DNA of 64,000 bases, taken from Bacillota bacterium (GTDB lineage: Bacteria; Bacillota; Clostridia; Monoglobales; Firm-18). The stretch's first letter is position 1. Every line of letters begins with the position of its first letter. The DNA is taken from contig JALOAJ010000009.1 in assembly GCA_023228885.1 (NCBI GenBank), forward strand, positions 182 through 64,181, read 5' to 3'. Below are positions 9,368-17,134 of the stretch, piece by piece. The translations under genes and the position numbers were made by a program. The notes below the pieces were generated by a model. The model was not told the origin of the DNA. It did no database searches and saw only the letters and a program-made list of their open reading frames with translations.

Positions 9368-10339
9368 ATGAGAATCGGTTTTATAGGCGCAGGAATAATC
9401 AGCCATACTCACGCTGAGGCAATTAAAAAAATAGAAGGACTAACCTTGGTTGCGGCAGCCGAGGTGCTACCCGAACGGTTAAAGGATTTTGCGGAAAAAC
9501 ACCATGTAAATACCTACATAGATTACAAGGAAATGGTGAAATCAGAGGTGTTGGATGCTGTTGCAATCAGTTTACCTCATTATTTGCATAAGGAGTCTGC
9601 TGTTTTTTGCGCAGAACACGGGCTGCACATACTGCTGGAAAAGCCTATGGCAAACACAGTAGAGGAGTGTGCCGAAATACTAAAAGCAACACGGCAAAGT
9701 GGCGTGGTTCTTATGATATGCCATGTGCAACGGTATTTCTCTACAAATGTTGCCGCTAAAAAAATTATTGATTCAGGCAGGCTGGGAAAGCTTGTTTCAA
9801 TAACTGATGTGCGTAATATCAATTACTTTGTTCAGTCGCGCCCAAGCTGGTTTTTAAAAAAAGAAACAGCTGGCGGAGGGATTGTTATGAATTATGGAGT
9901 GCATTCTTTGGATAAAATAATGTTTCTGACAGACAGCAAAGTGATGCATATTAACGGTATAATCGGAAAGCAAATGCCTAATTATGATGTTGAAGGACAT
10001 GCGCAAATCCTTCTTCAACTCGAATGTGGGGTAACCGCGGTGATTAGTTATTGTGGGTACAATGTTCCGCCGATAAATGAAACGATTCTATACTTTACAG
10101 AGGGCACGATAAAACTTCATACCGGTTCGGAATTGTGGGTAAACCAAGGCGATGGGTATGAAAGAATCCCCATTCATTCTGTGGGCGACCAAGATGCTTT
10201 TGCACACCAATGGCAGGATTTTTTTCAAGTAGTAGAAAACGGCGCAAATAATAAAAACAATGGTGATTATGGCATGGAAATTATAAGCTCTATCGAACAG
10301 ATATACAACTACTGCGGCTTTAAAAACAACATAGAATAG
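9368..10339 (+). CDS. Gfo/Idh/MocA family NAD(P)-dependent oxidoreductase
   Basis: MRIGFIGAGIISHTHAEAI and the LLEKPMANT (EKP) motif. ATG 9368 is preceded by AAAGGGGAAA. The longer ORF from 9317 has no RBS. Confidence 0.85.
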   Translation: MRIGFIGAGIISHTHAEAIKKIEGLTLVAAAEVLPERLKDFAEKHHVNTYIDYKEMVKSEVLDAVAISLPHYLHKESAVFCAEHGLHILLEKPMANTVEECAEILKATRQSGVVLMICHVQRYFSTNVAAKKIIDSGRLGKLVSITDVRNINYFVQSRPSWFLKKETAGGGIVMNYGVHSLDKIMFLTDSKVMHINGIIGKQMPNYDVEGHAQILLQLECGVTAVISYCGYNVPPINETILYFTEGTIKLHTGSELWVNQGDGYERIPIHSVGDQDAFAHQWQDFFQVVENGANNKNNGDYGMEIISSIEQIYNYCGFKNNIE

Positions 10340-10436
10340 AACAAAATGTTTCGATGGCTGAAACATGGAAAAGGTTGTCATAAGACCCTCACCCCAACTA
10401 AATGTAGCATATAATCGTATCATTTACAATAAAACC

Positions 10437-10469
10437 GGGAGGTTCCTACAAATATTACCTCCCCTTTTT
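10437..10469 (+). terminator. Rho-independent terminator ending the + strand block
   Basis: GGGAGGT (10437-10443) pairs with ACCTCCC (10457-10463) across a 13-nt loop, followed by C and TTTTT (10465-10469). Confidence 0.7.
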
Positions 10470-10960
10470 AACAAACCACCCCCACACCATCGCAAGAAAC
10501 CAAAAACCTTTTTTTACGACCCCAACCAAAGTAGGCTCACTGCCTTGAAAAGCAAAAGTGCAAGAATACTCAGCATAATCCACATGGTTACCGGTTTTTA
10601 GAAGATTGTGCAACTAAAAACAAGTTATTTGAGTTTCCCCATTTTTAATATTAAAAACCCCTACCAATTATAATTTTATACTAACAGTTTTTTGAGTTTT
10701 CCTGTTTTATAGTTCTAAATTCTTTATAAAGCACATAGCTACCGTGGAACGCGGAGGGCGCCATTCTTATGCTCGGTTATTTGCAGTATAATTGCACAAG
10801 GATGTTGTTCGGGAAGTATCCCTCGGTGTTTCCGGCGTACCCGGGTAATATATAACCCTTTTCGCTTGTTTCGTCAGCAATCATCATATGGGTATTGCAC
10901 TTAAGGCTTAATTCGGATACAAAAAATTCATTTGGTTTTAATTTGCGTCACAACAGCTAT

Positions 10961-12037
10961 TTAATTCAGTTTTAAAAGTTTTTTCGCACCATCTTCATCA
11001 GTTGGTTCAAATACCAAATATAACCACTTTGCGCCATATCGCCTTATAAGTCGTTTTGCCTTCTCAAACATAACATCAGAACTTCCGCTTAAGGAAATCC
11101 AAAGTCCCTTACCCGCCGCAACAGTTTTATCATAAATCGGATACCACATTTCATTGCCGCCATCCTCCTTGCCCGCCCCCGGTGTCCATTGCAGCGCATT
11201 CAATTGTTCCATTTCTAAAATCGCATCCAAATGGCATATTGCGTCAGTCCCATCAAGATGGTATACTGTATAGTCTAAGTTTTTACATTGTTCCTTTAGA
11301 TGGGTTAAAGCAAAGTCTCTAAACTGCACAGGTGAAATCATTGCGGAAAAATCACATTGTATTTTTGCAACCCTGCCCTGTGCTAATATGCTAAAGGCAG
11401 TATAACAGGCACTTCCATCTGCTTTCTTTACAATATCATACACCCTGTCATAATATTTGTAATATAACTGATTAATTTCGTCAAGACGGCGTTTTACTGC
11501 GTCAGGTTCGTCCATAATGTCAAAACACAAATTATTTGCCCCACGCAAGGATGATAATATGTCAAGCCCCTCGATAATGTCCGGAATCGCTATATAGAAT
11601 TCATCGTCCGCAAGTTCAACTGCCTTTTGCAAAGCTTCCTGGTGAAGTTTCCACCAGTAATTGTTCCCGTCATATTTCAAGCTATCAAAATGCGAAAAAG
11701 TTTCCACTTTTAAAGGTTCAATCCATATTGTATGATTGGAAAATACCGGATTGCAACCCAAATAAACAGCCATTGAACCAGCGCCCATATTTAAGTTAAC
11801 ATACGGAAACGCTTCGGCATAGAATGTATGCGTCTTTAACTGATTTCTTACTAAACCTACCCTATATTCCGGATTGACATGTAAAGCCTGTGGATCATTA
11901 AAATACGATAAATTCTCAAGACTTCCGATAGGTTCTTTTTTTCGAGCAATAATCCTCATCATTGGACGTTCGGTTTCTTCATGCTTCCACCATGCATGAA
12001 ATCGCTGAAAAATTTCTTCACAAATTAATTTATTCAT
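10961..12037 (-). CDS. URO-D-like (uroporphyrinogen decarboxylase / MtaA-CmuA superfamily) protein, paralog A
   Basis: Clear paralog of 47011..48090, with shared QCDFSAMISP.QF..F and YHLDG...HLD.IL....L..(L/I)QWT.GAG. The superfamily call is from memory of similarly annotated proteins in Firmicute sugar loci. RBS GGGGGTG lies upstream of ATG 12037. Confidence 0.55.
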   Translation of the reverse strand: MNKLICEEIFQRFHAWWKHEETERPMMRIIARKKEPIGSLENLSYFNDPQALHVNPEYRVGLVRNQLKTHTFYAEAFPYVNLNMGAGSMAVYLGCNPVFSNHTIWIEPLKVETFSHFDSLKYDGNNYWWKLHQEALQKAVELADDEFYIAIPDIIEGLDILSSLRGANNLCFDIMDEPDAVKRRLDEINQLYYKYYDRVYDIVKKADGSACYTAFSILAQGRVAKIQCDFSAMISPVQFRDFALTHLKEQCKNLDYTVYHLDGTDAICHLDAILEMEQLNALQWTPGAGKEDGGNEMWYPIYDKTVAAGKGLWISLSGSSDVMFEKAKRLIRRYGAKWLYLVFEPTDEDGAKKLLKLN

Positions 12038-12137
12038 ATTGCACCCCCGATAAAAAATAATTTTGCGTCTGATTGATTTAATGAAAATCTGATGTTTTTA
12101 GCATATGGTATACTCAATATTGCACATTTTAATACCG

Positions 12138-12177
12138 CCCCTGTTCAGAAAAACACAATAGTCCATCCCCTGCTCAG
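12138..12177. promoter_or_regulatory. Direct repeat CCCCTG(T/C)TCAG x2 upstream of the URO-D-like gene
   Basis: CCCCTGTTCAG at 12138-12148 and CCCCTGCTCAG at 12167-12177, 29 nt start to start and ~100-140 nt upstream of ATG 12037. Confidence 0.3.
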
Positions 12178-12386
12178 CCTATGCAAAGAAGTTAGTTATC
12201 CTATATTCTCCAACCAATTACCCCCTCATTTCATTTACCGTTTCGTCAAAATCAAATGTTACTTCTGTGGATTTAGCTTCAATCGAAGATGTTTTAATTT
12301 TTCAAAAACTTTGGTTTCCAATAATAGCTTTTAATAGCCCCCAACACTTAAAACAACAAGTTCTCCTCTCAAACTTTGTTTCTATC

Positions 12387-14732
12387 TTATTCATTGGAGA
12401 TAGTTTTATATAAAGGGCGCATATTTTCTAAACCCCATATAAATAGTTTAGGCGTGAGCAAAGATAAACTAATCTTTGAATTTAACACAGGTGAAAAGTT
12501 TCGGCTTTCCCCTTGTTGAAAAGGAGCAGACATAGTCTGTATTTCTTTTAGCATATTGCCCTTGTATAGCCCGAAAGCAATAAGAATGTTTTTATTCGCA
12601 GGTTCATTATAATAAAAGTCGATATTTGCAGTTATTTGCTTATCGGGAATTGTTTCATTTAAATTTACATACGCATAATATGGCGAAATATCAAACAATG
12701 GGCGGTCAGACCCGCCGACATCGTAAAATTTATTTTCTCCCTTTAATACCAGACCGATTGTGTCTATGGCATACAAACCATAAGATGGCATTTGCCCAAA
12801 AATATTGGCGTCAGGGTATTTATTATAAGCCGGTCTTTCAACTGTACCTTGCTTTGAATCGCCATAATTGTGTATTTCAATGTTTTCCAATGTTATATTT
12901 CTAATATAGCCGCCCAATTCCGTGTTAAACTGCGAAGTCCTTGCTGACCTATGCACAGTTATGTTTTTAAACAGCACATTGCTCACAGAACCTATGTCAC
13001 CTTCGGGAATATAACTTGTTCTGTTCATAACACAAATAAACAGAGGTGTATCGCAATCATTAACGGTATAGTTTTTAAAGGTTATATTGTGAACTTTGTT
13101 ATGGTCTATGGACTGAACAACAATCGCCGCCACACAAGCCCTATTGCGGGAATCGGTTGATGTATGCTTGTTGACAACAATGTTTTCAAAAGTTACATCG
13201 TAAATATCTCCATATGTTTGCGTGCCTATTTTAGTGGCATTGCATGTCGACGCCACAATGCAATTTTTAACCACAATATTGTAGGATGGCTGCCTTTCAA
13301 CCGTTTTGTTTCTCATATTTATGTTTTTTATACATATCGCATCATCGCCGGTTTCGATATCTAAGCCATCCAACAGCACATTACGACAGCCGTTAATGTC
13401 TATTCCATCGGTAAATTCTGCTACTCTATGTACAGGATTTCTAACGGTAACATGCTTTACCGTTACATAATCGCAATTGTCATAATGTTGGACCCAATCG
13501 CAAGAATTTTGTAAGGTAATTTCGCAAACATTGACATTGATGCAGTTTCTAAATAATAAAATAAAATGCGGTCTGTTACCTGATATATATGTATCACGCG
13601 GCCAAGTTACCCCATCATCATATCTATAGGTTGATTGGGCGCCGTCAATTACACCGCTGCCTTTTATGCCGACATTAAATACCCCATCCGCCTTAATAAT
13701 CGGCTCGGTTTTGCTGTGCCAATCATCTTGTGTTCTGCTGGCTTGCACAAGCGCTTTCTCACTAATATTTAATGTAACATTCGATTTTAGATTTATCGTT
13801 GCGGTGCGATACACCCCTTCGGCGAAAAAGATTTCGCCCCCTTGTATGCTTATATCGTCTATTGCCTGCTGTATTTTGCTTGTAGCCGGTTCCGTGCCGG
13901 TTGTGTCAGCATTGTATGGGTATAAAGATATGTCAATTGACTTGATGCTATTTTCATCCTGCAGCGAGCGTTTTGTGATAAAAACATTATCCCAATAAAC
14001 AGTTCCCACCATTGGCTGCTGTAATTTGAGTTGTATATTCAATCCGGTTAACGGCTGTGTATTTCCGATAGCCACCTCTGTGGAAGGCGGAACGCAAAAA
14101 TACTCCGTTTCAACCAATATCCATTGCCCTGCAACTCCACCTGCAGGAACGGTAACAACAGCGTTTTTAACGCTTGCTGCTCCATCTCCGCTTGTAGCCC
14201 CTGTGCCAATATCCAAACCCATATCGGTGGTATTGTTGGGGGTTCTTCCCCCGCCCAAATAGTGATATACGCCATCGCCTCGCACGGTAACATAAGCCAT
14301 ATATCTTGCAAATGTTCCGTTCGGAAAAATATCAAGCCTCGGATACCCCGTATTCCATGCCGAAGCGTCCCCATCTATGTAAAGCCATGCTCCTATCTTG
14401 ATAATGTCCCCGGTATTGATTATTCCATCTTTTTCGGAAATGGGGATTGTTGAATTGTGACGAGTGGCAGTGGTGCTGTTTGTGCCTAACTGCACCATTT
14501 TAATGCTGTTTGCGCTGTTCAAGTGTGCAATTTGGGTTGAAAGCTCGCAGCTATTTATGGTGTTGCCCTTGTTTAATGACCAACCTGCCGCCTCACCTTC
14601 AAAGCCGTCAGACCAAACAACCGTTTCATTATACACAAAAGAATCGTCTGCAGTAGAAATATAGCCAAAACCTAATATAGCAGAGAAAATTAAAAAAACA
14701 CTTAATATACATACTGTTTTAAACCCAATCAT
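12387..14732 (-). CDS. Secreted GH28-like right-handed beta-helix glycosidase with an N-terminal CBM4/9/22-like module and the shared C-terminal module
   Basis: The CBM-like module ends TVYWDNVFITK. Beta-helix motifs: TSKIQQAIDDISIQGGEIFFAEGVYRTATINLKSNVTL, FTDGIDINGCRNV and ETGDDAICIKN (GH28 NTDG and GDD motifs). The usual GHG..IGS motif is replaced by STCNATKIGTQTYG. C-terminal module: ILIAFGLYKGN...KLFIWGLENMRPL. Confidence 0.7.
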   Translation of the reverse strand: MIGFKTVCILSVFLIFSAILGFGYISTADDSFVYNETVVWSDGFEGEAAGWSLNKGNTINSCELSTQIAHLNSANSIKMVQLGTNSTTATRHNSTIPISEKDGIINTGDIIKIGAWLYIDGDASAWNTGYPRLDIFPNGTFARYMAYVTVRGDGVYHYLGGGRTPNNTTDMGLDIGTGATSGDGAASVKNAVVTVPAGGVAGQWILVETEYFCVPPSTEVAIGNTQPLTGLNIQLKLQQPMVGTVYWDNVFITKRSLQDENSIKSIDISLYPYNADTTGTEPATSKIQQAIDDISIQGGEIFFAEGVYRTATINLKSNVTLNISEKALVQASRTQDDWHSKTEPIIKADGVFNVGIKGSGVIDGAQSTYRYDDGVTWPRDTYISGNRPHFILLFRNCINVNVCEITLQNSCDWVQHYDNCDYVTVKHVTVRNPVHRVAEFTDGIDINGCRNVLLDGLDIETGDDAICIKNINMRNKTVERQPSYNIVVKNCIVASTCNATKIGTQTYGDIYDVTFENIVVNKHTSTDSRNRACVAAIVVQSIDHNKVHNITFKNYTVNDCDTPLFICVMNRTSYIPEGDIGSVSNVLFKNITVHRSARTSQFNTELGGYIRNITLENIEIHNYGDSKQGTVERPAYNKYPDANIFGQMPSYGLYAIDTIGLVLKGENKFYDVGGSDRPLFDISPYYAYVNLNETIPDKQITANIDFYYNEPANKNILIAFGLYKGNMLKEIQTMSAPFQQGESRNFSPVLNSKISLSLLTPKLFIWGLENMRPLYKTISNE

Positions 14733-14763
14733 AGCATTTCATCCTTTCCGGCAGTTCCTTATA

Positions 14764-17028
14764 CTATCTGCACATTGTGTCTTTAAATTTTCCGGGCGTC
14801 ATGTATTCATATTTCTTAAACACCCTAATAAAGCTGTGACTATTGATATATCCGCAATTTTCCGCTATTGTTTTGATAGGCAAATCCGTTTGCAACAAAT
14901 ATTTTTTAGCCTGTTCAATTCTCAAAAAATGCAAGTAATCAATAAACTTATTGCCCATAATATCTTTAAAATGTTTGCTTAATGTCGAGGTCGGCACATT
15001 GAATCTATCGCAAAGCGTGTTTAATGACATATCATAAAAATGAAAATTGGAATGTAAAAAACTAATAATCATATTCCATTTTTCCGCTGTAATGTCGCTG
15101 CCGTCATCTTTTAACGCGTCGCAAACAGTCTTAATAAAATCCAATAAAAATTCAATCATCTCCGAAATTGTTTCACATTTGATAAAGTTATTTATAACAT
15201 CTTCTTTAGAAATCAAAGTGCCTATATCCATATTTTTTTTGATATCCATGGAATTAAACAATTCCCAAATTAAATGGAAGATTTTATAATATATAGCCTT
15301 GCCTTCATTGATTGTCATGGTGGTAGATATTGCTTTTCTTTTAAAATTCAGCAACATATCTTCTATTGGCTCATATTTTCTAAGCAAAACAAGATTTGCA
15401 ATTTTTCTGTGATTAAGAGCATTATCAATGCCGGTAGGCAAAATATCTCGAATTTCATAATAAGGAATAACAATGCCTTTACCCATAACCAACTTATATT
15501 CCAACGCAATGCATGCATCAGAATACAGTTTTGAAATATCTTCAATTTTTTCAGAGGAACAACTTACACCAACTGTTACGGTTTCTCCAAAATTTTGCTC
15601 AAAGATATTTTTTACAAAATCAACAGACTTTAAAATCGCTTCGGTGTCGCGAAAACCCTGCTCGACTGCAAGCAACATCGCCATTTTTTCAGAGCTGTCA
15701 TAAACACAGTATCCATTTCCAAACTGTTGAAAATATTCTTCGGAAACATTGCGCAATGCATACAAGTATAGCTCCAATTCCTTTTGAATATCCATTTCTT
15801 TGCCTTTACTATCATCAATATTAAATACAATAACATAAAAAGTCTTATTGGAAAAATCAATTGTTGTTTTTTTAAACAAGGCAGAATTGCCGTTAACATT
15901 TCTACCTTTCATCAGACTTAATATTATGCTGTCTTGAGCATAACTTTTGTATTGCCCTAACTCGCTATTAAGGGTGTTTTTTATTGAAATTATTTTGTTT
16001 ACCGTTTTATAAATCAATTCAAGCTCATTTTCGTTTGCGCAAATTCCTTTTTCAAACTCGTTTTGCAACTGGTCAAAAATATATTTAACAGGCTTGTATT
16101 GTTTTTTAGAAAAGTAATCAGCTAAGATAATTCCCATTGTCAACGAACCCACAATTCCAAGAATGATAGTAAAAATCAGTATTCCGATATTCCCGATGTA
16201 TTTCCATTTTGAAATTGCTATAATGTAAGTTATATCCGGAAAGTATGACTTTTCGGTTTTTACAATCAGTTTACGGCTTTTTCCGTAAGTTTTGAGGTGT
16301 TCATTGTCAACTTTTAGATTTCTGTTCAACTCACTAATCACATTTTTCAATTTGTTTAGCATAAGAAAAGTGCCGTCAAAATCTCCAACCATTTCTTCGA
16401 TATCGTTTATAAAATTATTTGTATCAATAACAGCAACCACACTGCCGATGGAATTTTTACTGTAAAAGATGGGTGTAATGTACAAAAGACTAAACTTATT
16501 AACATTATCGCTCAATACCTGATTAACCGGCAAAATATTGGGTTCTTTACCGGTTTCAATGGCTTGCTTGATTTCATCTTTGTTATACTCTGAATATGTA
16601 GCGTCATCAGCCATTTTTTCAAAGAAAATTCGCTTGGAATATATGCCTTGATTTCCAAGAACAACATCATGGTCTGCACTATAAATATATATACTTTCAA
16701 TATATGTGCTGAGCAACTTATATCGCTTCAGTTCATCAATCAATTCCAAATACAAAGCAATATGCATATTCTCATCATCTGATTCCAAAAAGGTGTCCAA
16801 ACGCTTATCCGTATTGATTTGCGCAGCTATTGAGCCAATCAGCTTAAATGTGGAAGATGTGAGCGATTGGGTATTTTTAATAACCGTTATCATTTCTTTT
16901 TCGGCGCTTTCAATTAATGTTTGATTTGTTATCTTAAAAACCAAAATAACCACAATAAACATCGGTATAAGTAGGCATAAAATATAAGAAAAAAACATTT
17001 TTTTATGCAGCCGATTTTTTTTAACCAT
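14764..17028 (-). CDS. Membrane-spanning AraC-family one-component regulator (TM, extracytoplasmic sensor, TM, cytoplasmic domain, HTH)
   Basis: TM1 FFSYILCLLIPMFIVVILVF and TM2 IGILIFTIILGIVGSLTMGIILADYF flank ~250 aa. C-terminal AraC HTH: DYLHFLRIEQAKKYLLQTDLPIKTIAENCGYINSHSFIRVFKKYEYMTPGKFK. There is no receiver domain and no kinase gene nearby. Confidence 0.85.
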   Translation of the reverse strand: MVKKNRLHKKMFFSYILCLLIPMFIVVILVFKITNQTLIESAEKEMITVIKNTQSLTSSTFKLIGSIAAQINTDKRLDTFLESDDENMHIALYLELIDELKRYKLLSTYIESIYIYSADHDVVLGNQGIYSKRIFFEKMADDATYSEYNKDEIKQAIETGKEPNILPVNQVLSDNVNKFSLLYITPIFYSKNSIGSVVAVIDTNNFINDIEEMVGDFDGTFLMLNKLKNVISELNRNLKVDNEHLKTYGKSRKLIVKTEKSYFPDITYIIAISKWKYIGNIGILIFTIILGIVGSLTMGIILADYFSKKQYKPVKYIFDQLQNEFEKGICANENELELIYKTVNKIISIKNTLNSELGQYKSYAQDSIILSLMKGRNVNGNSALFKKTTIDFSNKTFYVIVFNIDDSKGKEMDIQKELELYLYALRNVSEEYFQQFGNGYCVYDSSEKMAMLLAVEQGFRDTEAILKSVDFVKNIFEQNFGETVTVGVSCSSEKIEDISKLYSDACIALEYKLVMGKGIVIPYYEIRDILPTGIDNALNHRKIANLVLLRKYEPIEDMLLNFKRKAISTTMTINEGKAIYYKIFHLIWELFNSMDIKKNMDIGTLISKEDVINNFIKCETISEMIEFLLDFIKTVCDALKDDGSDITAEKWNMIISFLHSNFHFYDMSLNTLCDRFNVPTSTLSKHFKDIMGNKFIDYLHFLRIEQAKKYLLQTDLPIKTIAENCGYINSHSFIRVFKKYEYMTPGKFKDTMCR

Positions 17029-17058
17029 TATAGTCTCCGTTCGTTATATATCTTGATA

Positions 17059-17105
17059 TTTTTCATTCTCCCTGATTTTTATTATAAATTAGGGAGAATG
17101 AAAAA
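17059..17105. promoter_or_regulatory. Perfect 15-bp inverted repeat in the 106-nt gap between the GH28-like gene and the regulator gene
   Basis: TTTTTCATTCTCCCT (17059-17073) pairs with AGGGAGAATGAAAAA (17091-17105) across a 17-nt AT loop. No U-tract follows the stem on either strand. Confidence 0.45.
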
Positions 17106-17134
17106 TCAAGCCAAAAGCATGCAGTCTTTGATTA

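Noticed and set aside
10365-10601. 78-aa + strand ORF after the Gfo/Idh/MocA gene
   Set aside because: It is Pro/Lys-rich and low-complexity, and it contains the rho-independent terminator (10437-10469) inside it. There is no RBS.
10777-10938. Minus-strand open frame directly after the URO-D-like gene: ...KPNEFFVSELSLKCNTHMMIADETSEKGYILPGYAGNTEGYFPNNILVQLYCK*
   Set aside because: The sequence looks protein-like and sits in a locally GC-richer patch. However, it has no start until an internal Met-Met, no RBS, and no family I can name. It may be a gene relic, but the evidence is too weak to report as a feature.
12092-12334. 80-aa + strand ORF in the 349-nt intergenic region
   Set aside because: It has no RBS and hydrophobic nonsense composition, and it occupies the likely promoter region of the minus-strand URO-D-like gene.
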